From positions 8,432,001 to 8,496,000 of the forward strand of contig NC_058368.1 of assembly GCF_018350175.1 (NCBI RefSeq): a DNA stretch of 64,000 bases, read 5' to 3'. This DNA comes from Felis catus. Lineage: Eukaryota. The position numbers and the translations under genes are program-made. Of this stretch, positions 12,331 to 24,921 are shown piece by piece (the stretch's first letter is position 1; each line of letters opens with the position of its first letter). The notes under the pieces were generated by a model, which was not told where the DNA came from, made no database searches, and was given only the letters and a program-made list of their open reading frames with translations.

Positions 12331-12961
12331 CAGGGAGGGAGCAGAATCGCCCACGGTGCGGAGATCTGGAAGGTCTAGGTCAGTCACGAGCCATCTCTTT
12401 TTAATACGAGAACCTTTTCGAGGAAAAAAAAATGTTGTGAGCTGTGGTCTCCAATTTTCTCATCTTCAGATTAACTTCTTTTCCGTCTGATGTAGTAAAA
12501 GTAGGTGCGTTTGCGACCAATTATCTGTGAAATAGAAGATGGTCTTTGAGCAAACCGGTATTGTGTTTTATCCGCTAAAACGTGGTCGTCTGGGCACAAT
12601 AGGGCAACAGCAGCACTGAGACAGCCATCAGTTACCGTGTAGGTAGAGGGAAGGCCTTCCCTGTTACCTGGGTGGATCCATACGCTTATTGCCGGGCTGG
12701 CTTGGGAACATGGAGGGTGTTGTGTGGTGGGGTGCAGCCCTGCGTGCCTTGCTCTCTCCCTTTGGGGCTGGGAATGGAAGCCCGTCACGATCCTTCCATA
12801 GCGCTTCTGTTTCCTTACTGGGCGGGTTTGGGGTGTGGGGTCCTTCTGTTTGGTAACAACAAAAGGGAAGCAGAAGAATATGGAAGAAGTCAGTGTACGG
12901 GGACATGGTTGGCGACTTGCCCGAGAAGAACGTAATACGTATCTAAGGAGTTTTGTTTTTT

Positions 12962-13201
12962 ATTTTTTTTATTTTTTATTATTGTTTTTAAATTTTTTTT
13001 AACGTTTTTATTTATTTTTGAGACAGAGGCAGAGCATGAACGGGGGAGGGGCAGAGAGAGAGGGAGACACAGAACCGGAAGCAGGCTCCAGGCTCTGAGC
13101 CATCAGCCTAGAGCCCGACGCGGGGCTCAAACTCCCGGACCGCGAGATCGTGACCTGAGCTGAAGTCGGACGCTTAACCGACTGAGCCACCCAGGCGCCC
13201 C
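12962..13201 (-). mobile_element. Young felid SINE (SINEC_Fc type)
   Basis: Near-consensus with CpGs intact; TSD gagttttgtttttt at 12948-12961 and 13202-13215. Confidence 0.97.
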
Positions 13202-13739
13202 GAGTTTTGTTTTTTTTAAACCTCTTCAGGCACTGATAGGTTTTAAGAAGACCAGTGATTTTTAGTTTAGTTCAGTCACTGGTTTTTGACTACCTGCCTT
13301 GTCCCCCTATAGAATTCCCCCTGGAACACGGACCGTAGTAGAGTAGAATGGGAACATTTTTAATTGGTTGGGTATAGTTAATGGTGTTTAGCAGCAATGT
13401 TAGCACACCTGTGGGATGATGGCACGCCTCGTAGTGACCGTAAGGGACCCTGTGGGATCGCGGGATTGACGGATGGAAGATGGCTGATGGGCCATGGCTG
13501 GTTGAAAAAAGTACACAGGTAGTTGCAGCGGCTCCTGTCGGTGGGGTCGAAAATCACTGCCTTGATAGAGCTGTGTGTCTCAGGAGAAGTATAACCATCA
13601 GGTAGGCAGACCTGGAGTCCGGCGGATCTGGGTCCTGCTTTCACGTGGCTGCTGTATGACTTTGGACAAAGTGCGGTAGATGGAGTAATTGAGCCCACCG
13701 TTGCACCTGCTGTTACCGCGTTATACTTTGGTGCCGTGG

Positions 13740-14059
13740 CCACATGTCGAGTTGGAGCACAGTCCTCTGGGCCTTGATCTTGGGCACGGCCGCATGACTT
13801 GGCCTTGGCTAGTGAAATATTAGCAAATGGCATACAGGCGGAGACTTGTGCGTTTGGGCTTGTGGTTGGGTGACGTGCGCTGAGAACACGGAGTGGGGTG
13901 AGACACACGATGGACCCAACCCGTCCAAACCTGGAGCCCTGTGGACCAGGGGAGCCACTGCAGCTACAGACACACATGTGAGAAAATAAATGGCGGTCCT
14001 AAGCCGCTGTGATTTGTGGGCTTGCGCTGTAGTATCACCGGGGCAGCTGAGAACTAACA
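13740..14059 (+). mobile_element. Old MaLR LTR (MLT1I/J-like) inside a MIR
   Basis: cttgggcacggccgcatgacttggccttggctagtgaaatattagcaaat...gtgagaaaataaatgg...taagccgctgtgattt; MIR-like halves at ~13590-13680 and ~14060-14180. Confidence 0.55.
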
Positions 14060-14364
14060 GAGCTGTGCCCACATCTAAAAAACAGGAATAGTATTGCCTG
14101 CCTTTCGCGCCATCGTTCTGTGCCTAAAATAAAACAATCCTGTCCGTACAGTGCTCAACTCCTAGTAAGCAGGCGACAAATACATTGCAACTGTGTTTAA
14201 TAACGAAAAGGTGAGATCTACATACAAAGTAAGGGCACATGGTCTGCGCCCTTTACTAGGCATCACCTAGTGAAGAGAAGAAAGGTAGGGCTGTGACATT
14301 GAATTGTCTCTGTACCGTAAGCTCGCTTTGGTCCCGTGTGCTTAATGTTTATTCATTCAGTGTC

Positions 14365-14770
14365 TGTATTGGTCAGGGTCCTCCAGAGAAAGAGAGCCGG
14401 CGAGAGATACAGGTATCTTCTCTCCTCTCCTCTCTGTTTTTCTCACGATTGATGGATTGGTTTCCTTGTTTTAAAAAACTGGCTCTGGACAATGGAGACT
14501 GGCAAGTCTGAAATCTGTAGGGCCGGGCTTCTATGGCATTCTGGAGGTGGAGTCCCTTCCTTGCTAGGAAACCTGTCTTTGCCCTTGAGGCTTTCAACTG
14601 GTTACATGAAGCCCACGCGGATGTGGGTAGGCTGCTGTCCTTAAAGTCACCCGATAGTGAATGTGAATTACATCTAAAAAACTCCTTCACAGCAACACCT
14701 AGACTGGTGTGGGACCAAGCAACGAGGTGCAGTAGCCTAGCGAGGTTGACACACAAAATTAACCGTCATG
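14365..14770 (-). mobile_element. ERVL solo LTR (MLT2-like)
   Basis: tgtattggtcagggtcctccagaga...ctggcaagtctgaaatctgtagggc...cttcacagcaacacctagactggtgt...ttgacacacaaaattaaccgtca. Confidence 0.85.
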
Positions 14771-15639
14771 ACAAGTATTTGTAGGCTTTCTGTTGTGTTA
14801 CTGGACTGGACGCACAGAGATTAAGCCAAATAGACCTGGTGCCTGCTGGCAGGGAGGCCGAGTCCCGGGACTGTAACCTTGTTTCATTTGTACAGTAACC
14901 CTAAAGACGTGCATTGTTTATTTCCCACCATTTAGCAAACGAGAGAACCAGATTCAGGGTAGGAAGTCACTTAGCTAAGGCCACGCGTTTGTCTGATCCA
15001 GGGACCTTTTTACCGTCTCCGTTCCCTGTGCCGCCCCTCTGGAGAGATGTTCCCCCGATGAGCATCACCACCGTTCTGTGAGATGCCGCTTCTGTGGGAT
15101 TCCCTGGCAGAAATGGACTCAGGATTCCTTGACTTCATGCCTGGATAGCTGTTAGTCAGTTAGATTAATGAAATGGGAATTTATCGATATCAGTTTTAAA
15201 TGCAGCAAATGCTGAAGGCCTTTCTGTGTGCCCATTTTATATTATCAGATGACACTTCCCAGGAGTGGAGTTAACAGAGTTAGACCTCGCTCTTCTACCA
15301 TATACCATAATTAAGTTAAGGTTCTTGCCAGAAACCAAAATAAATCTATTGCACGTGCCTGTGAACAGTAGATTAATTGTGCGCTGCAGTAGAAAAGTCA
15401 GCCTCGTGTGCAAAATGGAGATATTGATTGTTAAAGTTTATCCCCTCCCCCACCCCCGTTTGCATCCTGTTTTCACATGTTCCCTCCCTTTTGTGTACTC
15501 ATTAGCTGGTTTCAGATGCCCATGTTCTTGTCTTTAGTTCATGTATCTAGAGGAAGGGCTCTTTCTGATTCACTTACCATTATACTGTAAGGATACAGGT
15601 ATTGTTTAAATGTTGCTGGTAGCAGGCCGTCTTTGTGGT

Positions 15640-16200
15640 GAATACGTTGTGTGGTTTGCTTTTTTAAAAGTATACTTTGGTCTTGAGTCATAAAAAACAC
15701 GGTAAAGCACAGAGCTTGAATGCATGGCACAGTGCATTTTTCCATATGCGTGATTCTGTAACTAGTATTCACATCAAGATCTAGAATATTCCCAGCACTT
15801 TCTTATGTGACTAGCTTCTTTTGTGGAACATTGTGTCAGCAGCATATGGCATTTGGTTTTGTTTGTTTGTTTTCCTTCATTACTATGAAGCAGCATAGTA
15901 TGCACTTTACCCGTCCTACTGTTGAGGGACATTCGGATGGTTTCCAGTTTTTTGGTGATTTTGCGTAACGCTGTTACAAATGTTTTTGCCTGCATTTTTT
16001 TTTTTTTTTGATGAACATAAGTATCTATACCTCTTGGAATATGATCAGGGGTGAGATTGCTTGATCCTAGGGTGCACGTATGTTTAGTTTTAGGAGACAC
16101 TGACAAACGGGTTTTGAAAGCGGTTATTCAAATTTGAACCCTTGCCAGCAGCATATAAGTTAGTTCTGCCAGTTCTTCATCCTCATCAACACTTGTTTTT
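15640..16200 (-). mobile_element. Old L1M (L1ME-like) 3' fragment
   Basis: ggacattcggatggtttccagttttt...tgagattgcttgatcctagggtgcacgtatgtttagtttt...ccagcagcatataag. Confidence 0.7.
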
Positions 16201-18627
16201 CATCTGGTTTAAAAACTGTGTAGATAAGTTCTCTTGAAGACATGTATGGAGTTGTATCACTTACTCTCCTGACAGTAGTCATTATCACGTGCTGTCCCCT
16301 TAAGATTAGGTTCTTGAATTTTGTGCGGTTCCCGGCAAGCCCTTTCCTTAAGCTCCCACAGATTATTTTCTGGTGATCTTCTCTTCGAATGCCCCCAGAT
16401 GTTTGCATGTTGAGGTGGAGTCAGTGTGCTTGTAATTGCATTTGCTGGCCGTCTGGGAAGTGCCCCAAGACCAGGCGTGAGTTTTTAGGCCAGATTTTGT
16501 GCTAGGGAAATAAAGAGAGCTCCTCTGACTTGACATTACGTCCCACCGTCCCACCGTGTTCCTTTACAGCCCGAGGGAGACTTTGCAGGCTGCGGCGAAG
16601 GTGATGCTGGCGGGGTTCTGCGAAGATAGCAGGGGAGTAGGCGGAGCCCACGGCATCGCCACACCTTTAGCAGCCCCAGCCCCTCTAACAAGTCTGAAAG
16701 TCAACTTGATTTGTAACCTTTTTTTCCTTTTAGGATTGTAATACAGGTCTCCCTTGGCTACGTATCTTACTTGGAGATAGAAATGATTTCTCTAACTTTT
16801 GTCCGGACCTCGTTTTTGCCTCCAATTGCGACTATCACCAGGAGCCTTTAGGGGTGTCTGGGGCTCGTGGCTAAGAAGGTGGTGCTCGGACTTCTTTCCA
16901 CAGGCACCTGTCTGCGCCTTTCAGTGAGTTTGTTTGCTGGAGGCCTAGAGTGCCGAGCGTGGCCTGCGGGAAGAGTGTGGAGCACCGTCATCAGGGACCA
17001 GGGCATCTACTCCCTCCTGGGTTCCCCTCCAAGTCTGTCAGTGCAAGAGGGTCTAGATTGTCTGGCACGCAGCAGTGGTGGAAAGAGTGTGGCATGTGGT
17101 AAGCTAGTCTCTTCCTCGTCAGGCATCGTCTTGTGCACCCGAGGCTTTGCAAACCCAAAGGCTGAGAATGGACTGGACCGTCTCTGTTTTCTTCAGAGAT
17201 CTTGATCCTGGGGAGATGATACAGGATGCCTGGCTGCTTGAGTGGGACCCTGTGCTGGAGCAGGGGTGGGTGGGAGAGCCCATCTGTTAATACTTTAAAA
17301 TGTTATTTGACTTCACTTTCTTGGTACTGTTCGTATGTACTGTAAGAATATATTGTGACCTTCCATATATGATGCACTTTGTTTCCCCTTCAGGGAGCTG
17401 TTATGGTAGCGGAGGGAATAGCTTGAGTTGAAGGAGAATTGAAGGGGGCAATGTGGTTTTAGACCACAAAAACTAAGTGGGTACCTAGGAGGAGAAAGCC
17501 ACGCGACGGACTCCCCAGCTCTCCACCGTGGACACCACCCTGGCACCAGGCCCAATTTTCCAGCTGTTCTGGGCCAGTGAAGGTGAACCACCATGTGCCC
17601 CGGGAGCGTGGCCGAGAGGGAGTGAGCTTGGGTGCAAGAACCGGTTGCTTTCCCCGTGGCATGCTCTCTGAGTGAGGGGCCACGGAGGCTGCTGTGACCA
17701 GACGTGCCAGTACGTGGGACTGCGAATCTCTAGGACCAAAGGCGGGGGCTTGTGATACGTTTTGGGGAGAAGACACTGAGTTGGGATAGACCAGGGGCCT
17801 CAGCCACCTGACTCCTTTCCAAACAAGGGCCACTCTTGTAGATGACCAACCACTGCCCCCCATCTCCCTGTTTATCCAACGGTTCTATATGTGCAGGAAG
17901 AGAGATGTTTCCCTAACCCAACCCCTTGGGCAGGCAGGCCACTAAAAATAGGAAAATTAAAGTTTAATTTGTTGTGAAACATGACTGAATTCATTAAAAA
18001 TGCATTTGGGTTTTCCTAAAGGATTTAGCAAGAGAAGGATTTCTCTCTTCTTTTGATTATTATGATATGAGAACAATAACCGTGTTTTCTTGCTCTCTTT
18101 AAAATGAATAGTTGGTCTATCACAAAGAGGGTTAGAGTTTTTAAGGGGCATGGTCTGGAGGAAACACAAACATCAAAAATTTTATTTTAAAGATAGTTTT
18201 TCCTCATTTCCCTTTCTTACTAGTAGATGTGCTTACAAGACCATGAGATTCTCCCCAAACTCCTACGAGATCTTCAGTTTTAGAAATAGGGAGGAATTCA
18301 TTATTGGAGACATTCAGGCAGAGAGAGCCACAAAACGACCAGGTGTTTTTGCTTAACCGCACCAGTCACCTGTATCACTAGAGACTAAGTTAGCCAGTGG
18401 GTTAAGTGCTTTGGGCCACTAAAACTTTCCATTTCGGACATTGAAAGGCACACAAGGTAGTTTTATTTACTTTAAAATGGGAATCCTAAGAGTGAACACA
18501 TAGTTTACTGCTGTGCTTTTCAAGTTAACTCTTTACTTATTGCAATAATCCACATTATTATACAGTAATCGTGTGAAATCCGATTTCTACGCTTGTGATT
18601 TTTTTTCCTTCTATTTCATGTTTCTAG

Positions 18628-18657
18628 ACTTCGTGAGGAGTTAACCAAAGTAATGTG
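18628..18657 (+). other. Candidate microexon (30 nt, or 22 nt with upstream donor)
   Basis: Long pyrimidine tract ending tttctAG; only one open frame (LREELTKVM); possible donors AAA|gtaatg and GTG|gtacag. Confidence 0.25.
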
Positions 18658-19254
18658 GTACAGCCCTTGCCCATCTCTGTCTTCTTTGTTGAGCACATCT
18701 GTTTGTGTATTTGCATTTTTTCTCCCTCTCAAACTTTATAATGTCTCGCACTGTAGGTTTGGTTTTCACAGTCTTTAAGCCTGCGCCTCTCAACCTGGGC
18801 TGAGCCTCAGCTGGGCTGAGCGTCTGGGCGGCTTGTGTCCAACTGCTGTTCTGTGCATTATCGCATTGTTTCTTTTCTGTCAGATGTTAATTTTTACAAG
18901 TCAATATCTTGTAGCCAGTATAGTACTTTTTTAGTGTGGGAGCAACAGTTGAAAAGGACACATTTTTAACTCGAGAAATAAAGGGAGAAGTCCTCAAGAA
19001 TATCTTTTTGTGTAAAAGGGAATTTTCATATTTTAATTCACGTAGCATATGTCTCTGGGGCTGAGTTGCTTATCATGCTGCTAATTGTTTCTGCATTTAG
19101 GCCTAAGGGAAGTTTAGATAGTCTTTAAAAGCATCAACAAAGCAGCTTCCAAATGTTTATCAAATTATTTAGAATTGAACATGTGTTTTATACTCCAAAG
19201 AATGTCTTTCTATTAATGACTAGTTGAAGATCGATTTCTTTTATATTGTAACTG

Positions 19255-19640
19255 TTCAAAATAAAATTTAATTTTATTCAAAATTTATTTAATAATAAAA
19301 TATATATAATGCATATTTACATATAAGTATGTAAATATATTTATATATAATAGATACATAAAATATAATAAATATAATTAAATATAATAAATAATAAATA
19401 TATATCATATAGTAATTTAAATATATACTTAATTATTCACGATTAATATTAATATCATATTAATCATTAATACATTTATTTATAATTAATCAATATATTT
19501 GTTGATAATTAAATATATGTAATTACTTAAGCATATATTTATATAATAAATAATTATGTATAACATATATGTAAATATATACATTTGTAATAAATAACAT
19601 TTATTTGATAATTTAAATAAAACTTAAATTTGATTTATAC
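19255..19640. repeat. Extremely AT-rich low-complexity tract
   Basis: ~380 bp made almost only of A/T (aatata, tttatt motifs). Confidence 0.9.
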
Positions 19641-19734
19641 TTCTGCCAGTGGCAGACTGATTTGCTGCAAACGAATTCACCTGATGAGCATTAGAAAAGC
19701 TAAAAAAAAAAAAAAAACAGGCCAAATCTAAACA

Positions 19735-20240
19735 AAAACTTGTGTTTGTACATGCATCTTCATAGTGCTGTTCACAGTAGCCAGAAGGTGAAACAATTCA
19801 AATGTCCATGGTTGCATGAATGGATAAACAAATTGTGGTATATATGCATACGCATGGAGGTACACACACGCGCGCGCACACACACGCACAACGGAATATT
19901 ATTCAGCCAGGAAAGGAATAAAGCACTGTTGCACGTTACAGTGTGGGTAAACCTCATAGGCATCATGCCAAGTGAAAGAAGCCAGACACAAGGTGTCACA
20001 TGTTGTGCGATTTCATTGGTATGAAATAGCCGGAGTGGGTGAATCCGTGGAGACAGCAGGTTGGCGGTTGTCAGGAGCTGAGGACAGGGGGCGCTCAGGA
20101 GGAACTGCTTAATGGGGCTGAGGTTCCCTTTCGCAGCGACAGGAGTATTTTAGAACGAGGTAAAAGTGGTGATTTTACAACATTATAAATGCCACTGAGT
20201 TGTTTAAAATGGTCCATTTCATTGAATTCTGCCTCTGAAA
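19735..20240 (+). mobile_element. L1MB-like 3' end
   Basis: ttcacagtagccagaaggtgaaacaattcaaatgtccat...gaatggataaacaaattgtggta...aagtgaaagaagccagacaca...aatgccactgagttg. Confidence 0.85.
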
Positions 20241-20674
20241 TGACTTAAAGAAACAACGATTTTTGAAGTGCTTTCGAGGGCTGTGGACTCAAGATCCCAG
20301 AGGAGTGAGCCTGACTATTGGCCCTGCACATTCCTTTAACACTGAGTAAAGCTTCTAGAAGACTCATGGGTGGCAGAACATAAAAATGCAGTTCAGATCC
20401 CACCAAAAACGAGCGGTTCTGATAAACACACGCTGTTATTGGGGTTACCTAAAAGATTATGATCTGGAAATACGAGTGAGCAGGAAATAGGCCAACAGCG
20501 GCAAGAACAGAAGCCTGGCACAATCCCTTATTCAGTCGGCCAGGCTTCCCTACCTGAGCTGCCTGCCAGAAGCAAAAGTAAACTTCCCTCTGGAGAAAGA
20601 TAACAGTTCCTCAGAGTCTCTGATTATCTTTACAAGTTTTCATGCCCAGTTTCTAGACTTCAGTAAAAAAAATA

Positions 20675-20878
20675 GGGGTGCCTGGGTGGCTCAGTTGGTT
20701 GGGAATCTGACTCTTGATTTCGGCTCAGATCATGATCTCTCTGAGATCAAACTCCACATCAGGTCCTGTGCTGACGGCTTGGAGCCTGCTTGGGATTCTG
20801 CCTCTCCCTCTCTCTCTGCCCCTGCCTTGCTCACACTTTCTCTCTCTCTGTCTCTGAAAAATAAACACTTAAAAAAAG
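20675..20878 (+). mobile_element. Carnivore tRNA-SINE
   Basis: ggggtgcctgggtggctcagttgg head, CT-rich body, aaataaac tail. Confidence 0.93.
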
Positions 20879-21493
20879 TTAAGTATGGAAAATGTAAGAA
20901 TTGGCTGAAAACTAAGAGAGAAAACAGACAAGAGAAACAGACCCCATTTTGGGGTTACACTGTTATTGGTGTTATCAGAACCAGGCTTTAACTATGACTA
21001 CCGTATGCAAGCAAGTAAATAATATGGAAAATTGGATTAGAATTAGGACTATCAGAGAATAGAACCGAAACTGAAAGTATAAAAAATCTGGCTGTAAAAA
21101 ATTAAGACCTCAGCAGTGGGCTTACAGACAGGTTCGATACAAGGGAAGAGAAATGGTACATTGGAAAAGAGAGTAAAATAATGTCCAGCTGAAGCACGGA
21201 GATGAAAACGAATTAGGATTAAAACAATGCCAAACAGAAAAGAGCAGAAGAGACATATGGAACACGGTAAAAATGTCTACTGTAAGTGTACCTATAGTCT
21301 CAGAAAATGAAGAGAGAGGCAGAGAGAGGGAAGGAGGTACAGTTGTGAATAATAATGGCTAAAATTGTTTACCATGAAAACATGAGCCAAAAGAAAGCTA
21401 GTGTAAGTTACTGTCATCTAAGTAGACCTGAGACAAGGATCATTACTAGAGATAAAGAGAGAAGGATAGTTATTCTAAATATACAGTTAATTC

Positions 21494-21708
21494 GGGGCGC
21501 CTGGGTGGCTCAGTCAGTTAAGCGGCCGACTTCGGCTCAGGTCACGATCTCGCGGTCCGTGAGTTCGAGCCCCGTGTCGGGCTCTGTGCAGACGGCTCAG
21601 AGCCTGGAGCCTGTTTCAGATTCTGTGTCTCCCTCTCTCTGACCCTCCCCCATTCATGCTCTGTCCTCTCTGTCTCAAAAATAAATAAATGTTAAAAAAA
21701 ATTTTTTT
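21494..21708 (+). mobile_element. Felid SINE (SINEC_Fc type)
   Basis: TSD aaatataca(g/t)ttaatt at 21477-21492 and 21709-21724. Confidence 0.96.
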
Positions 21709-21915
21709 AAATATACATTTAATTAATAAATAGCTATAAAAATCAGAACTAAAAGAAGAAATTGATAAATTCATCATCATAATTGAAAAATTTTAATACC
21801 CCTCTCAATAATTGATAGAATAGCTATACTGGCAGTCCCCCAGTATTTTGGTCTTGGGTCCCTTTTACACTCTTAAAAATATTTATGAACATATGTAAAT
21901 GTATTTTAAACAGTA

Positions 21916-22108
21916 GGGGCTCCTGGGTGGCTCAGCTGGTTGAGTGTCCAACTCTTTATTTCGGCTCAGGTCATGATCCCAGGGTCATGGGGTCGAGCCC
22001 CTCATTGGGCTCTGTGCTCAGTGTGGAATCTGCTTAAGATTCTCTCTTTGTTCCTGTGCCCCCTACCCCACTCGTGCACACATTCTCTCTCTCTCTCTCA
22101 AATAAAAA
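21916..22108 (+). mobile_element. Carnivore tRNA-SINE
   Basis: ggggctcctgggtggctcag head; TSD aaacagta on both sides. Confidence 0.92.
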
Positions 22109-22433
22109 AACAGTAAACACAATGCATGTTCATATAAATAACACATTTTTATGGAAACTAACTGTATTTTCCAAACAAAACTTTAATGTGAAGTGCCATT
22201 ACTTTATATTTTTGAAAATTTTATTAATGTCCAGCTTCATAGAAGACATAGAAGAATAGAAGATATAGAAACAGAAGACAACATATCTGTTTTAAGGCAC
22301 TGTTTTGGTTGAAGTATATAAAGAAAATCCAGCTTTACAAAAATGTATAGTTGGAAAAGGGAGGGCTGTTTTAATGGCTTTTCCCATTATTGTGAGTATT
22401 CTTTTATACCCTAACTTGACAAGTGCTAATTTC

Positions 22434-22873
22434 TTTTTTTTTTAATTTTTTTTCTTTTTCAAATTTGAGAGAGAGCATGAGTGGGGTATAAGGGCAGAGT
22501 GGGGAAGAGAGAATCTCAGTCAGGCTCTATGCTCAGCGTGGAGCCTGACATGGGGCTTGATCCCACCACAACCCTGCCATCATGACCAGAGCTGAAATCA
22601 AGACTTGGACACTCAGGCAGCACCTGGGTGGTGGCTCGGTCGGTTAAGTGTCCAACTTGGGCTCAGGTCATGATTTCACAGCTTGTGCGTTCGAGTCCCA
22701 CATCAGACTCTGTACTGACAAGCTCAGAGCCTGGAGCCTGCTTTAGGTTCGGTGTCTTCCTCTCTCTCTATCTTACACTCTATCTCTGTCTCTCAAAAAT
22801 AAATCTTAAAAAGTTAAGAAATTGAAAACAAAAAACATTGGATGCTCAGCCACCAGAGCCACCAAGGCTCCCC
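22434..22873 (-). mobile_element. Carnivore SINE (outer), interrupted by a second SINE
   Basis: TSD gacaagt(gc/tg)taatttctt at 22418-22435 and 22875-22892. Confidence 0.88.
22616..22835 (+). mobile_element. Carnivore SINE (inner, nested)
   Basis: Head cacctgggtggtggctcggtcggttaag; degenerate TSD ttggacactca / ttggatgctca. Confidence 0.9.
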
Positions 22874-23584
22874 AGACAAGTTGTAATTTCTTAAAGCTTA
22901 GTTGCAAAGTGGAATCTGAAACCATTTCAATGAACTTTTCATAGTATACTATGAAATCCATTTGTCTGTCTTGTATTTTGAATGATCTTTTATTCACGCA
23001 TGATTTTTTTTAACACTGCATTGGGTCGTTTGTAAAATATTTGTCCAGTGAGTCAGGCAGATTTTTCAAATATTGACACTTCTCATCACTGTCAGTCTTA
23101 TCAGAAAATACTGGGCCACATTAAAATGACATTCTATTTATCAGGAAAAGATCATTGAGTTTGAAATGGCAAGCCACAAGAAGATATTTTTAATACATGC
23201 ATCTGACATATAATATTCATGATATTAAAAAAAAACTCCTTGACAACAACAACCATAATACCAACATCTCACTAGAAATGTAGGCAAAAGACATGACGTG
23301 CACTTCACAAAATAGGATATCCAAATGGCCAAAGAAAGAAAAGATGCTTAGCCTCATTAGTCATCAGGAAAATGCAACAAAGCGCAATGAGATACTAGCT
23401 CACACATACCCCAGAATTAAAGGGATAAAAATATCATTATTGACAGCAGGGGAGAATATTAGGACTTATACTCTGCCGGTGGGAGTGTAAATTGGTACAC
23501 CAATATGTAAAACTGTTAGATGCTGAATATTTGCATCCAGCGATTCCATTCTTGAGAGTATAACCAACATAAATATGGCAGGTG

Positions 23585-24027
23585 CAGCAGTCTCCCCGTA
23601 TCCAGGGCAGATACAGTCCAGATCCTCAGTGGATGCTGAAACCACAGATACTACTGGACCCAATGTATGCTATGTTTTTCCTATACGTACGTACCTCTGA
23701 TGAAGTTTAATTCATAAATTAGGCACTGTAAGAGATGAGCAACAGTAATAGAACAGTTACAATAATATACTGTAATAACAGTTATGTGAACGTGGTGTTT
23801 CAGAATATCTTATTGTGTTGTACTCACCCTTTTTGTGATGATGTGAGATGATGAGATGCCACTGGGATGCGATGAGTGGGGTGATGGCACAGGCACTGTG
23901 ACGGGGCGTTGGGCTGCCCCTGGCCTTCTGACGAGATGTCAGAAGGAGGGTCATCTGCTTCCAGACTGACCAAGGGAAACTGAAATTGTGCAAAGTGAAA
24001 CCGTGGGTAAGGAGCAGGGGACTGCTG
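23585..24027 (-). mobile_element. TcMar-Tigger MITE (MER44-like)
   Basis: Terminal inverted repeats cagcagtctcccc...ggggactgctg; interior matches recalled MER44 3' end in reverse. Confidence 0.8.
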
Positions 24028-24291
24028 TCTATGTGTCAAAAGACGTATGTAAGAATGTCCATGGCACCCTTATTCCCAACAGCTCCGAGCTGGAAACAAC
24101 TCCGATGTCCTTCGGTAAGAGAACAGATCAGCAATCCATGGGGTATTCTTACAGTGGAATCTCACGTAGCAATCAGAACTATTGTTAGACGCAGTGATAC
24201 GGATACATCTCACAACCAGTGTTGATTGAATAAAGCCAGGCACAGAAGAGTACGTAATGTATGATTTCACGGTTTATCAAAGTCAAAAAGA

Positions 24292-24478
24292 GGGGCGCCT
24301 TGGGTGGCTCAGTTGGCTAAGCATCCGACTTCAGCTCAGGTCATGATCTCATGGTTCATGCATTTGAGCCTGGCTGTCTGCCCAGAGCCCACCTCGGGTC
24401 TTCTGTCCCCCGCTATCTCTGCTCCTCCCCTGCTCATTCTCTCTCTCTCTGTCAAAATAAATAAATAAACTAAAAAAG
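24292..24478 (+). mobile_element. Carnivore tRNA-SINE
   Basis: ggggcgccttgggtggctcagttgg head; TSD gtcaaaaa. Confidence 0.9.
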
Positions 24479-24567
24479 GTCAAAAATATGAAAAACTAAT
24501 CACCTATAGTGTAAGAAGTTATAATAGTGGTTATAACTATTATGTAATATATATAAAATTATATTAC

Positions 24568-24569
<2 letters not shown>

Positions 24570-24611
<42 letters not shown>
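24570..24611. repeat. (TA)n microsatellite
   Basis: ~20 perfect TA units. Confidence 0.95.
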
Positions 24612-24614
<3 letters not shown>

Positions 24615-24921
24615 GTGGTTATAGTGTAGGGAAGATGGTATAAGGGTGGGGGAAGAGTGTGGGAGGGCACATAAGGAGACTTCACTCGGGGATGCACTGG
24701 GATATTCACTTGGGGTTGATTTAATTATTTGTACACTTCTATATATGTTATACTTTAATTAAATAGTTTACCTAAAGCGACATTAACAGTTAAGAAAGAA
24801 GTGCAAATTAGAAAATTACCATATGCATATTGCAGGAAGCTCACAAAGATAGCTAAACATGATGCCCACAATCATTCTTTTGGCATATTGTTTAGAATCC
24901 TTTCCCAAACATTTACAAATA

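Larger units (their letters stand above)
20245..21830 (+). mobile_element. Old L1M 5'/ORF1 to ORF2-start fragments, interrupted by SINEs
   Basis: A-rich ORF1-like text (gagaaaagagcagaagagacatatggaacacggtaaaaatgtc) and endonuclease-region-like aatacccctctcaataattgataga. Confidence 0.6.
21833..23090 (-). mobile_element. hAT Charlie1-like transposon fragment, interrupted by three SINEs
   Basis: ccttttacactcttaaaaat...gttttggttgaagtatataaagaaaatcc...gttgcaaagtggaatctgaaaccatttcaatgaacttttc matches recalled Charlie1 end. Confidence 0.75.
23100..24780 (+). mobile_element. Old L1M ORF2 C-terminus/3'UTR, interrupted
   Basis: cattagtcatcaggaaaatgcaa...ggtgggagtgtaaattggtaca...ctggaaacaactccgatgtcc...ttctatatatgttatactttaatt. 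Confidence 0.75.

Noticed and set aside
13378..13977. Longest ORF in the track (199 aa, - strand)
   Set aside because: Runs antisense through MIR and MLT1-like relics; no recognisable domain.
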